This document shows positions 7,119 to 16,184 of a stretch of DNA of 32,000 nt, in pieces; the first letter of the stretch is position 1, and each line of letters begins with the position of its first letter. Source of the stretch: Lachnospiraceae bacterium (GTDB lineage Bacteria; Bacillota; Clostridia; Lachnospirales; Lachnospiraceae); contig JAZNGM010000007.1 of assembly GCA_045576455.1 (NCBI GenBank), positions 101,287-133,286 on the forward strand, given 5' to 3'. The notes below the pieces were generated by a model. The model made no database searches, was not told where the DNA came from, and saw nothing but the letters and a program-made list of their open reading frames with translations. The translations under genes were made by a program, and so were the position numbers.

Positions 7119-8492
7119 ATGGTTAAAATGAGCTTATCCGACATAGCAAAAGCATGTCAGGGTGTATTATACGGAAAAGATACCGATAAGATTTCTTCTG
7201 TTACGATAGATTCGCGTCTGGTAGAAGAAGGAAGTCTTTTTATTGCTACAAAAGGAGAACGTGTTGACGGTCATTCCTTTATACCGGTTGCGATAGAAAA
7301 AGGTGCTGTGGCAGTAGTTTCAGAAAAGCCGTGTACAATCAGCGTACCTTATATTTTGGTAGAAGACAGTTTTGTGGCATTAAAGGCTATTGCAGAGTAT
7401 TACCGTATGTGTTTATCCATTCCGGTAGTTGGCATTACGGGCAGTGTCGGAAAAACCAGTACAAAAGAATTTATAGCTGCTGTTCTTTCTGAAAAGTTTT
7501 GCACTTTAAAGACACAGGGAAATTACAATAATGAAGTTGGTTTGCCGCTTACGGTTTTAAAAATCCGTAGGGAGCATGAAGCTGCTGTATTGGAAATGGG
7601 AATCAGTGAATTTAATGAGATGCACAGATTAAGCAAGGTAGCAAAACCGGATATTGCAGTTATCACAAATATTGGTATGTGTCATCTGGAAAACCTTATA
7701 GACCGTGATGGGGTGCTTAAGGCTAAGACAGAAATTTTTGATTATCTTAAAGAAGATGGAATCGTCTGCTTGAACGGCGATGATGATAAGCTTATTACCA
7801 TTACCGGGGTGAAAGGAAGAAAACCGGTTTTCTTCGGTATGGGTAACAATAATGACATTACGGTGAGAGACATAGTGTCTCACGGACTTACGGGAAGTGA
7901 ATGTGTAATTATTACGCCACAGGGAGAAGTTAAGGTAAATGTACCGTTACCGGGAGAGCATATGGTGCTGAATGCTTTGGCGGCAACAGCAGTAGGACTC
8001 TCTTTAGGTCTTTCGCTTTCAGAAATAGCTGAAGGAATCAGTAAGGTTAAACCGGTAAGCGGGCGCAGTAACCTTATCATGACAGATAAATATAACATTA
8101 TTGATGATTGCTATAATGCAAATCCGGTGTCAATGAAGGCAGCCATTGATTTGTTAAAGATGGCGGCAACCAGGACGGTAGCCGTACTGGGAGATATGTT
8201 TGAACTTGGCTCGGACGAAGTCAGTCTTCATACTTCTGTAGGAATGTATGTAGCTGAAAAAAATGTTGATGTGCTGATATGTGTGGGTAATCTTTCAAAA
8301 AATATGTACGAGGGCGCACTGGATTTTAAAAAGAATAATCCGGAATGTAAAACCCATGTATATTATTATGAAAATCAAGAGATGCTTTTAAAAGAGCTGA
8401 ATCAGATATTAATGGAAAATGATACGGTATTATTCAAAGCTTCGCATGGAATGCATTTTGATGAGATAATAAAAAAACAAGGCTTACAATAA
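7119..8492 (+). CDS. murF: UDP-N-acetylmuramoyl-tripeptide--D-alanyl-D-alanine ligase
   Basis: Mur ligase P-loop GITGSVGKTSTKE and the NANP motif (DDCYNANPVSM). ATG 7119 follows GAGGAG. The track start 6930 lies inside ddl in another frame. Confidence 0.9.
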   Translation: MVKMSLSDIAKACQGVLYGKDTDKISSVTIDSRLVEEGSLFIATKGERVDGHSFIPVAIEKGAVAVVSEKPCTISVPYILVEDSFVALKAIAEYYRMCLSIPVVGITGSVGKTSTKEFIAAVLSEKFCTLKTQGNYNNEVGLPLTVLKIRREHEAAVLEMGISEFNEMHRLSKVAKPDIAVITNIGMCHLENLIDRDGVLKAKTEIFDYLKEDGIVCLNGDDDKLITITGVKGRKPVFFGMGNNNDITVRDIVSHGLTGSECVIITPQGEVKVNVPLPGEHMVLNALAATAVGLSLGLSLSEIAEGISKVKPVSGRSNLIMTDKYNIIDDCYNANPVSMKAAIDLLKMAATRTVAVLGDMFELGSDEVSLHTSVGMYVAEKNVDVLICVGNLSKNMYEGALDFKKNNPECKTHVYYYENQEMLLKELNQILMENDTVLFKASHGMHFDEIIKKQGLQ

Positions 8493-8506
8493 AGCCTTGT
8501 TTTCTT
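8475..8506. terminator. bidirectional hairpin spanning the convergent murF and plsC stop codons
   Basis: ACAAGGCTT / AAGCCTTGT stem, 6-nt loop, with an A-run upstream and a T-run downstream. Both stop codons lie inside the hairpin. Confidence 0.6.
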
Positions 8507-9218
8507 CAAGCATTTCTGCAATAACATTTTGGAAATAAGTACCGATATTTTTTTGGTCTTCTTTAGAAAGCTCATTGATATAAATGGGTTTTCCGTACCG
8601 AAGAACAATTTTAGTCTTTTTGATTTTAGGAAAATGGTTTTCAAATATTTCTGCCGTATTACTAAGGGCAAACGGAAGAACCGGAACGCCTGATTTTTGG
8701 GCAATTTTAAAACTGCCGTCATGGAACGGAAGTAATGAGCCTTCTTCCTTGTTGCGGGTTCCTTCGGGGAAGATACAAATGGAGGTTCCCTGTTTTTCGA
8801 GTTCAATACATTTTAAAATAGTTACAAGACCCTTTTTTACATCTTTACGGTCAAGGAACTGACAGTTTACCAGTTTCATCCAGAAGTTTAACAGAAAGAC
8901 CTTACTCATTTCGGCTTTTGCAACATAGCCGGTTGGTCTTGGCACTCTGACATAAGTTATCATAATGTCAAAAAAGCTTCTGTGGTTACCGATATAGAGT
9001 ACGGGGGTGTCCTTGGGAACATTTTCTTCCCCAACGACGTTTATTTGAACGCCGCTTATGAAAAGAATAACCCGGAAGCCCCATAATACTATGGCGAGAC
9101 TGCTTTTGTCGCGGGCACTTCTGCTAAACTTACCTAATATCCATTCAAATATCATAATCGGAATGGTGAGTATAAGGAACAGCACCAGAAAGAGTGCAGC
9201 TAATATAAATCGTATCAT
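8484..9218 (-). CDS. plsC: 1-acyl-sn-glycerol-3-phosphate acyltransferase
   Basis: N-terminal TM segment, HX4D motif NHRSFFD, and FPEGTR motif. SD is AGGAGA. Confidence 0.85.
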   Translation of the reverse strand: MIRFILAALFLVLFLILTIPIMIFEWILGKFSRSARDKSSLAIVLWGFRVILFISGVQINVVGEENVPKDTPVLYIGNHRSFFDIMITYVRVPRPTGYVAKAEMSKVFLLNFWMKLVNCQFLDRKDVKKGLVTILKCIELEKQGTSICIFPEGTRNKEEGSLLPFHDGSFKIAQKSGVPVLPFALSNTAEIFENHFPKIKKTKIVLRYGKPIYINELSKEDQKNIGTYFQNVIAEMLEENKALL

Positions 9219-9352
9219 AAATTATCTCCTATTTTATGTGTTGCTTTTAACATTATACAGTTAGTGGCAGGGAAAAGCAAGAACAGCAATTATTGTAATG
9301 CCGGACGTCTTTTTTACATAGAATAGAGTAAAGAATTATGTAGCGGTATGAG

Positions 9353-9766
9353 ATGATTAACAGAATAGGTCAGATGATTTTTACGCTTATTTTGATGGCT
9401 GCGTTGCTGGCGGGTTGTACAATTATTGAGGATAGGACACAAAAGATAAAGGATATTGAATTTACGGTAGTGCCGGAGCAGGAGATTCCGGAAGAGCTCC
9501 TTTTACAAATAAGGCAGAGGCAGGATAATGTATTTAAAATGACGTATGCCGATGAAGATTATTTGTATATATGTGTCGGATACGGTGCGCAGGAAACCGG
9601 TGGTTATAGTGTAACAGTGGACGAATTGTACCTGACGGCGAATGCGATTTACATTAATACATCCCTTCTTGCACCACAGGAGAAAATAAATCGAAAAGGA
9701 ATGGCATCATATCCCTATATTTGTGTTAAGATGGAATATATAGACAAAACGGTTGTCTTTGAATAA
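9353..9766 (+). CDS. small lipoprotein, PrcB_C-like (protease complex subunit PrcB family)
   Basis: Lipobox LAGC. The segment GYGAQETGGYSVTVDELY resembles the PrcB C-terminal domain. The start codon is uncertain because the SD is weak. Confidence 0.6.
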   Translation: MINRIGQMIFTLILMAALLAGCTIIEDRTQKIKDIEFTVVPEQEIPEELLLQIRQRQDNVFKMTYADEDYLYICVGYGAQETGGYSVTVDELYLTANAIYINTSLLAPQEKINRKGMASYPYICVKMEYIDKTVVFE

Positions 9767-9802
9767 TAATGCATACAGCCGGTATGCAGAAATGAGGAAA
9801 AA

Positions 9803-11125
9803 ATGTTACTGATAGAAAATGGTTATGTAGTTGATCCGAAATCAGGAACGGCTAAAATACAAGATGTATTTATAAAAGAAGGACGTATTTTAAAGGTAGG
9901 GGAAAATCTGCGCGGTCAAAATGCACTTTGCGATTGTGAAAGCGGGATGCCGGAAGACATTACCATAATTGATGCAAAAGAGATGGTAGTAATGCCGGGA
10001 CTGATTGATGTGCATTCACATTTCCGTGATCCCGGCTTTACCTATAAGGAAGATATTTTGACAGGAGCAAAGGCGGCTGCGGCAGGCGGATACACTACGG
10101 TAGTGTTGATGGCAAATACAAAACCATGCGTGGACAATACGGAAACACTTAAGTATATCTTAGATAAAGGGCATGAAACCGATATCAGGGTGGAGACCTG
10201 CGCCTGTGTGACAATGGGACTTAAAGGACAGGAGCCGGTTAACTTTGATAAGCTTTATGCAGAAGGGGCTGTCGGTTTTACGGACGACGGAATACCGATT
10301 ACGGATTATGAAGTTTTAAAACAGGCAATGGTACATCTTGCCGGTAAGAAGATACCTATCAGCCTTCATGAAGAAGACCCGAAACTTATTGACAATAACG
10401 GTGTAAACCGTGGTACGGCATCTAAGCATTACGGAATTGGCGGTTCGCCGAGAGACGCAGAAATCGAACTTGTAAAAAGAGATATTGCGTTAGCGCTTGA
10501 AACCGGTGCGGTTGTTAATTTCCAGCATATCAGTACCAAAGAGGCAGTGGAATTAATAAGGGATGCAAAACTTAAGAGTGAAAATATCCATGCAGAAGCT
10601 TGTCCGCATCATTTTACCCTTACGGAAGAAGCGGTAATTTGGCATGGAACATTGGCGAAAATGAATCCACCGCTTAGAACTGAAGAAGACAGGGCGGCCA
10701 TTGTGGAAGGACTTATTGACGGTACACTGGATATTATAGCGACCGATCATGCACCGCACAGTGTCGAGGAAAAAGCAAAACCGATAACGGAAGCACCAAG
10801 CGGTATTATCGGATTGGAAACGGCATTATCGCTTTCTTATATGGAGCTTGTAGATAAAAACGGCATGGATTTTGTGACCCTGGCAAATAGATTATGTCTT
10901 GCACCTGCCGCAATGTATGGCTTAAAGGCGAGAGGATACCTTCAGGAAGGAGCCCTCGGGGATGTGGTTGTTTTTGATCCGAAGGCAGTATGGGTTGCAG
11001 GCAATTATTTATCCAAGTCATCCAATACACCGTTTACGAATAAAGAATTAAAAGGTGTTGTAAAATATACGATATGTAACGGACAAGTTGTATATGACAG
11101 AAATAAAAGAGAGGAGTTAAAGTAA
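9803..11125 (+). CDS. pyrC: dihydroorotase
   Basis: Amidohydrolase motifs DVHSHFRDPG and ATDHAPH. SD is GAGGAAAAA. Confidence 0.9.
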   Translation: MLLIENGYVVDPKSGTAKIQDVFIKEGRILKVGENLRGQNALCDCESGMPEDITIIDAKEMVVMPGLIDVHSHFRDPGFTYKEDILTGAKAAAAGGYTTVVLMANTKPCVDNTETLKYILDKGHETDIRVETCACVTMGLKGQEPVNFDKLYAEGAVGFTDDGIPITDYEVLKQAMVHLAGKKIPISLHEEDPKLIDNNGVNRGTASKHYGIGGSPRDAEIELVKRDIALALETGAVVNFQHISTKEAVELIRDAKLKSENIHAEACPHHFTLTEEAVIWHGTLAKMNPPLRTEEDRAAIVEGLIDGTLDIIATDHAPHSVEEKAKPITEAPSGIIGLETALSLSYMELVDKNGMDFVTLANRLCLAPAAMYGLKARGYLQEGALGDVVVFDPKAVWVAGNYLSKSSNTPFTNKELKGVVKYTICNGQVVYDRNKREELK

Positions 11126-11904
11126 TGAACCAGAAGAAGAAAGTAACAGCAACTGTTCATGAATCCAATAAACTTGCAGAAGGCATTTATGAAATGTGGA
11201 TTAATACGGATCTTGCACTTACGGCAAAACCGGGACAGTTTGTAGGAGTTTACCCTAAAGACAAGAGTACACTTTTACCACGTCCCATCAGTATATGTGA
11301 GGCAGACCGTTTCAAGAAGAGATTAAGACTGGTATATAGGATTGCCGGCAAGGGAACAGAGGAGTTTTCCGGATATAAGGCAGGCGATACCGTAACTATA
11401 TTAGGTAATCTTGGTAACGGTTATCCGCTCGATGAAATCAAGGATGCAAAAAGTGTAATGATTATGGGCGGCGGTATCGGTATTCCTCCGATGGTTGAAC
11501 TTGCCAAGAATTTATCCTGTGAAAAAACAATTGTAGTAGGATACCGTAATGATGATTTGTTTTTAAATCAGGAGCTTTATCAGAACGGAACTTTATATAT
11601 CGCAACAGAAGACGGAAGTATCGGAACGAAAGGAAATGTTCTTGATGCTGTCCGTGAAAAAGGACTTCATGCGGAAGTGATATGTGCCTGCGGTCCGATG
11701 CCGATGTTACGTGCCATTAAGCAGTATGCGAAAGAAAACGGCATTAAGGCGTACATTTCGTTGGAAGAAAGAATGGCTTGTGGTGTAGGCGCTTGTCTTG
11801 GCTGTGTATGCAAGACAAAAGAAACGGATCACCATTCGCATGTTAATAATACCCGTATTTGTACAAATGGTCCGGTATTTGATGCAGAAGAGGTTGAGAT
11901 ATAA
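11125..11904 (+). CDS. pyrK: dihydroorotate dehydrogenase (class 1B) electron-transfer subunit
   Basis: TAATG overlap with pyrC. FAD/NAD-binding fold and a C-terminal 2Fe-2S cysteine cluster, CGVGACLGCVC. Confidence 0.9.
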   Translation: MNQKKKVTATVHESNKLAEGIYEMWINTDLALTAKPGQFVGVYPKDKSTLLPRPISICEADRFKKRLRLVYRIAGKGTEEFSGYKAGDTVTILGNLGNGYPLDEIKDAKSVMIMGGGIGIPPMVELAKNLSCEKTIVVGYRNDDLFLNQELYQNGTLYIATEDGSIGTKGNVLDAVREKGLHAEVICACGPMPMLRAIKQYAKENGIKAYISLEERMACGVGACLGCVCKTKETDHHSHVNNTRICTNGPVFDAEEVEI

Positions 11905-11940
11905 ACGAGTAATAAACAACCTGATAAAGAAAGGTATGGT

Positions 11941-12849
11941 ATGAGAATGAATACAACAATTAATATAGCAGGCGTTGAATTTAAAAATCCGGTAATGACA
12001 GCTTCCGGTACATTTGGTTCAGGAATGGAATACAGCCAGTTTGTAGATTTAAATCAGTTGGGTGCAGTGGTAACGAAGGGTGTTGCCAATGTTCCGTGGC
12101 CGGGAAACCCGACGCCGAGAGTGGCAGAGGTTTACGGTGGTATGCTTAATGCTATCGGCTTACAAAATCCGGGTATTGATGTTTTTATCGAGAGGGATAT
12201 TCCTTTCCTTAAAAAATACGATACCAAGATTATCGTAAATGTGTGTGGAAAATCCGTACAAGATTATCTTGATGTAGTGGAAAAATTATCCGACCAGCCG
12301 GTCGACATGCTTGAAATCAATGTTTCCTGTCCGAACGTTAAAGAAGGTGCCATTGCTTTTGGACAGAATACAGAGGCACTTTCACAGATTACAAAAGAGA
12401 TTAAGAAGGTGGCAAAGCAACCGGTAATTATGAAGCTTTCCCCTAATGTGACGGATATTGCATTGATGGCAAAAGTGGCAGAAGAAGCCGGAGCCGATGC
12501 GGTTTCCCTTATTAATACATTAACCGGTATGAAGATTGACATTCACAGAAAGAAATTTGTATTGGCAAATAAAACGGGTGGTATGTCAGGACCTGCCATT
12601 AAACCGGTTGCAGTGCGCATGGTATACCAGGTAGCACAGGCGGTAAATATTCCGGTTATCGGAATGGGCGGTATCGCAAATGCCGAAGATGCCATAGAGT
12701 TTATGTTGGCCGGTGCAACAGCCGTGAGTGTCGGTATGATGAATTTTGTAAATCCTTATGCAACAACCGAAATCGTGCAGGGTATTAAGGATTATATGGA
12801 AAAATATAATGTAAATGATATAAAAGAACTGATTGGCGCCGTACAATAG
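11941..12849 (+). CDS. pyrD: dihydroorotate dehydrogenase (class 1B) catalytic subunit
   Basis: FKNPVMTASGTFG, NVSCPNV and GMGGI motifs. Immediately downstream of pyrK. Confidence 0.92.
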   Translation: MRMNTTINIAGVEFKNPVMTASGTFGSGMEYSQFVDLNQLGAVVTKGVANVPWPGNPTPRVAEVYGGMLNAIGLQNPGIDVFIERDIPFLKKYDTKIIVNVCGKSVQDYLDVVEKLSDQPVDMLEINVSCPNVKEGAIAFGQNTEALSQITKEIKKVAKQPVIMKLSPNVTDIALMAKVAEEAGADAVSLINTLTGMKIDIHRKKFVLANKTGGMSGPAIKPVAVRMVYQVAQAVNIPVIGMGGIANAEDAIEFMLAGATAVSVGMMNFVNPYATTEIVQGIKDYMEKYNVNDIKELIGAVQ

Positions 12850-12861
12850 TCATTTTTAAAG

Positions 12862-12910
12862 GCTCTTCCGAATACAATGAAATGAAAGTATTCGGGAGGG
12901 CTTTATTTTT
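12862..12910 (+). terminator. rho-independent terminator of the pyr operon
   Basis: GCTCTTCCGAATAC / GTATTCGGGAGGGC, a 14-bp stem with two G-U pairs, a 12-nt loop, then TTTATTTTT. Confidence 0.85.
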
Positions 12911-12935
12911 GGACTTACGTAAAAAAAATATACAT

Positions 12936-14459
12936 ATGGATTATGAAAAAAAGAGGACTATGGTACAAACAACGATTGAAGATGATGTAAATATATCGGA
13001 TTCCAAACCGGATGTTGCTTCCATCGTCTTTAAAAAGGGTGAGTTGTTTATTGATGAAACTAAAGTGACACAGGACCATCTGGTGATTAAGGGAAAAATG
13101 CAATTTAGCGTATTGTACGCATCCAACGAGGGGGAGCGTTGTCTGTATTGTATGAACGGAAGCATTCCGGTAGAAGAGCATGTCAATATGGATGGTATCG
13201 ATACCAATGATATGGTAGAAGTAAGCAGTATGATTGAAGATATATCCGTTACCATGATTAATTCAAGGAAAATCAGCGTACGCTGCCTGGTAGCTTTTTG
13301 TATTAGTGCGGATACCATGCAGAGTATAGCGGTGCCGGTAGCGCTTGAGAGCATGGAACCCATGGAGTACTGTCAGGAAGAACGGCGGCTTTTTGAAGCG
13401 GTGGTTATGAATAAGGATGTATACAGAATCAGGGAAGAAATTGATATTCCGAAAAGTGATCCGAATATCGGGGAGATAATATGGAGTGAAGTAAAAATTG
13501 CCGGATTGGATTTCAGGGTACAGAATGAAAAAATCATGTTGCAGGGTGAGATGAACGTATTTTTCCTGTATGTAAGTGAAGATGATAATCAGACCCTCAG
13601 ATACTATGAAAACATTCATCCTTTTAGTGGTTTTGTCAATTGCACGGAAGCACGCGAAGGAATGATTCCGGTTATTTCCAGTCGCGTATCGGCATATGAA
13701 CTCAATGCAAAGCCGGATTATGACGGTGAATTACGTGCAGTTTTGGTGGATGTTACCCTGGAGATGGATGTGCGGGTATATGAGGAAGGCAATTATCCGT
13801 TTATTAGTGATGTTTACGGCGTTACCAAGGAAGTGACAACGGTCAGGACAAAAGCATTATTTAACGAACTTATAGCACAGAATACACTTAAACAACGTTT
13901 GGTAGAAAGAATACGGATAGCAGAAGACGAGGGAAAAATATTACAGCTTATGCACAGCAAACCGGAAGTGATGCTGGATGAAACGGATCTTACGGACGAT
14001 GGTTTGGAGGTAAGCGGTAATGTACATGTGGATATATTATATATAAGTAACGATGACAAACAACCATATAATTCCATTAAAGGTGATATTCCGTTTTCCT
14101 ATACAATCGATATTCCGGGCATTACCGCGGAATGCTTATATGATGTAAAGCCGGATGTGGAGCAGATTGCAGTCGTTATGGTCGATAGTAATGAGGTTGA
14201 TGTTAAAATAGTACTCAATTTTAAAACGATAGCATTTTGTATGCATGAGGAAGAAATCATTGATGCGATAGATGTCAAAGAACCGGATGCGGATAAAATG
14301 AATGCATTGCCGGGAATGGCGGTATATGTTGTAGGAAATAATGATACCTTATGGCATATCGGCAAGAAGTATTATGTGCCGGTAAGCCGGATTAAAGAAA
14401 TGAATAATCTGACAGGGGATACTGTAAAAAAAGGCGATAAATTATTAATTGTGCGTTAA
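12936..14459 (+). CDS. DUF3794-repeat protein with a C-terminal LysM domain (SipL/SpoVID-like spore morphogenetic protein candidate)
   Basis: Three internal repeats end in FSVLYASNE, FFLYVSEDD and DILYISNDD. C-terminal LysM reads YVVGNNDTLWHIGKKYYVPVSRIKEMNNLTGDTVKKGDKLLIV. The track start 12882 lies in the pyrD terminator loop, so ATG 12936 is used; 12960 is also possible. Confidence 0.75.
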   Translation: MDYEKKRTMVQTTIEDDVNISDSKPDVASIVFKKGELFIDETKVTQDHLVIKGKMQFSVLYASNEGERCLYCMNGSIPVEEHVNMDGIDTNDMVEVSSMIEDISVTMINSRKISVRCLVAFCISADTMQSIAVPVALESMEPMEYCQEERRLFEAVVMNKDVYRIREEIDIPKSDPNIGEIIWSEVKIAGLDFRVQNEKIMLQGEMNVFFLYVSEDDNQTLRYYENIHPFSGFVNCTEAREGMIPVISSRVSAYELNAKPDYDGELRAVLVDVTLEMDVRVYEEGNYPFISDVYGVTKEVTTVRTKALFNELIAQNTLKQRLVERIRIAEDEGKILQLMHSKPEVMLDETDLTDDGLEVSGNVHVDILYISNDDKQPYNSIKGDIPFSYTIDIPGITAECLYDVKPDVEQIAVVMVDSNEVDVKIVLNFKTIAFCMHEEEIIDAIDVKEPDADKMNALPGMAVYVVGNNDTLWHIGKKYYVPVSRIKEMNNLTGDTVKKGDKLLIVR

Positions 14460-14480
14460 TAGAAAAACAGATGTGAAAAA

Positions 14481-14516
14481 CACCGATAACACAAATGGCG
14501 GTAAGTGTTATCGGTG
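14481..14516. terminator. hairpin between convergent genes, better suited to the minus-strand gene
   Basis: CACCGATAACAC / GTGTTATCGGTG, a 12-bp perfect stem with a 12-nt loop. The A-run on the plus side gives a U-run for the minus-strand transcript. Confidence 0.7.
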
Positions 14517-14534
14517 CTTCTCTTGAATGATATA

Positions 14535-15137
14535 TTATTGCTCGTTGGAGTCATTTAACAATTTGTCGAATTTGTCCATTACTGCGGTATGTGTATTCTT
14601 ACACAATTCCGGTAATTCGCCGCCCCATAAGCTTTCGGCTTTTTCATAACCTTTCTTAAAGGCGCTTTTCATATCGTTCAGCTTGTCAGGATCATCTCCT
14701 GCAAGGGCTACTGCGAAATCTATAATTCTGTCAGATGTCTGGTTAACACCCCAGTAACCGTTTTCTGAGATATCTTCCTTAGCCTGTGCAATGGCTGCTT
14801 CATCGACATTCTCATATTTTCCTTCGGCGAACATTTTCCATATGCCATCACCTAAGGTGCTTGCTTTTGCCTGTTTGCCAAGCATTTCAGTTACGATATC
14901 ACGTAACTGTTGTACGCGGGTATCTACTTCTGACTGTAACTGAGCTACTAAAGCCTTTCTGTCGGCTGCGCTCATTTTTGCTATTTCAGCACCATGCGGT
15001 TTACTTGATTCATAAACAACGCCGGTATCATTTTTCACAGGTTGTTCTGTCACCTTCTTGGCAGGCTGTGTATTGCTTGTGCCGTATGTGGAGTACAGAT
15101 CTGCTGCAGATACGTTGTTAATTCCATTTACACTCAT
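14535..15137 (-). CDS. hypothetical 200-aa soluble protein of unknown function
   Basis: Strong SD AGGAGGAAAGT precedes the ATG. The N-terminal ~45 aa are low-complexity (MSVNGINNVSAADLYSTYGTSNTQ...). The C-terminal helical region contains YWGVNQTSDRIIDFAVALAGDDPDKL and WGGELPELC. No signal peptide or TM segment. Confidence 0.8.
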   Translation of the reverse strand: MSVNGINNVSAADLYSTYGTSNTQPAKKVTEQPVKNDTGVVYESSKPHGAEIAKMSAADRKALVAQLQSEVDTRVQQLRDIVTEMLGKQAKASTLGDGIWKMFAEGKYENVDEAAIAQAKEDISENGYWGVNQTSDRIIDFAVALAGDDPDKLNDMKSAFKKGYEKAESLWGGELPELCKNTHTAVMDKFDKLLNDSNEQ

Positions 15138-15141
15138 ACTT

Positions 15142-15177
15142 TCCTCCTGTTATAAAGCATCGCTGTCCGTAGCTTTA
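15142..15177 (-). promoter_or_regulatory. leader hairpin with GGA in the loop plus GGA-containing SD (two-site CsrA-like arrangement)
   Basis: On the minus strand: UAAAGC (15177-15172) / GCUUUA (15158-15153) stem with the 13-nt loop UACGGACAGCGAU. A second GGA lies in ACAGGAGGAA, overlapping the SD, 21 nt downstream. Confidence 0.3.
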
Positions 15178-15204
15178 CGCATCTATTGTTATCTGTTACT
15201 CATT

Positions 15205-15233
15205 ATATCGGCAATATTAGCGTTTGCCTTTAG
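15205..15233 (-). promoter_or_regulatory. sigma-D / sigma-28-type promoter candidate
   Basis: The minus strand reads CTAAAG-GCAAACGCTAATATT-GCCGATAT. The -10 GCCGATAT is perfect (15212-15205). TAAA is at 15232-15229. The spacer is 16 nt against the consensus 15. Confidence 0.5.
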
Positions 15234-15242
15234 TAATAAAGT

Positions 15243-15271
15243 TTGATTTTTTTTAATGGATTGTATATAAT
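15243..15271 (+). promoter_or_regulatory. sigma-A promoter candidate for ispE
   Basis: TTGATT (15243-15248), a 17-nt spacer, then TATAAT (15266-15271). Confidence 0.5.
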
Positions 15272-15309
15272 AACCCTATAATGTATACAAAATGCAAAGG
15301 GGATACAAA

Positions 15310-16161
15310 GTGATTACTCGTGAAGCTTATGCTAAAGTGAATATCGGTTTGGATGTTATAAGAAAAAGACCGGACGGTTATCATGAAGTCCGGATGATTA
15401 TGCAAACAGTCAGTATACATGATACCCTTACTTTTGAAAAGACAGCGCAGGATTTTAGATTAACAATAGCCGGCAGCAACCTGCCGACGGATGATAATAA
15501 TTTGATTATAAAAGCAGCGAAGCTGTTTATGAATACTTACGGGATTGAGGGTGGTGTTAGTATCACACTTGAAAAAAGAATCCCGGTGGCAGCAGGCATG
15601 GCAGGCGGAAGTACGGATGCGGCAGCAGTATTTTTAGGTTTGCGTGATTTATTTGAGGTTGAAGCCGATGACGAAGAACTTAAGACGCTTTCCGTTAAAA
15701 TAGGTGCAGACGTTCCGTATTGTATTATGGGCGGTACGGCGCTGGCGGAAGGTATTGGTGAAAAGCTTACCCGCTTAAAAGATGTACCAAAGGCGTGGCT
15801 TCTTATCGCAAAACCGGATGTTGATGTGTCTACGGCTTTTGTCTATGGTAATTTGAAAATAGATACCGTTAAGATACATCCGGATATTGATGCGCAGCTT
15901 AAGGCAATTGAGGAATCCGATATATATACTCTTTGTGAAAAAATGGGTAACGTGCTTGAAACGGTCACCATACCGGCACATCCCATCATCGAACAGATAA
16001 AGGATGATATGAAAGAAGCCGGGGCATTAAATGCACTGATGAGCGGCAGCGGCCCTACGGTTTTCGGCGTTTTTGATGACTGTAACAAGAGAGACAGGGC
16101 ATACGAAATGCTTATAGATAAAAATTATGCAAAAGATGTGTTAAAAGCAGTTTTTGTATAG
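15310..16161 (+). CDS. ispE: 4-(cytidine 5'-diphospho)-2-C-methyl-D-erythritol kinase
   Basis: GHMP kinase motif PVAAGMAGGSTDAAAV. N-terminus AYAKVNIGL. GTG 15310 lies 6 nt after AAAGGGGA; ATG 15292 is the alternative start. Confidence 0.9.
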   Translation: MITREAYAKVNIGLDVIRKRPDGYHEVRMIMQTVSIHDTLTFEKTAQDFRLTIAGSNLPTDDNNLIIKAAKLFMNTYGIEGGVSITLEKRIPVAAGMAGGSTDAAAVFLGLRDLFEVEADDEELKTLSVKIGADVPYCIMGGTALAEGIGEKLTRLKDVPKAWLLIAKPDVDVSTAFVYGNLKIDTVKIHPDIDAQLKAIEESDIYTLCEKMGNVLETVTIPAHPIIEQIKDDMKEAGALNALMSGSGPTVFGVFDDCNKRDRAYEMLIDKNYAKDVLKAVFV

Positions 16162-16184
16162 TGAAGACAAAGGAGGCGGCAGGA

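Noticed and set aside
8533-8539. CCGATAT with TAAC 16 nt upstream, on the plus strand inside the 3' end of plsC (antisense). Other isolated CCGATAT/ATATCGG hits occur inside the CDSs at about 10196, 14354, 15350 and 20091.
   Set aside because: The -35 is imperfect or absent and all sites lie inside coding sequence. This is the expected background for a 7-mer in 64 kb of two-strand sequence.
12882-12935. Longer N-terminal extension of the DUF3794/LysM ORF, using the track start at 12882 or TTG at 12909 after GGGAGGG
   Set aside because: The start at 12882 lies in the loop, and the GGGAGGG in the 3' arm, of the strong pyrD terminator hairpin (12862-12901). The apparent SD is terminator stem sequence.
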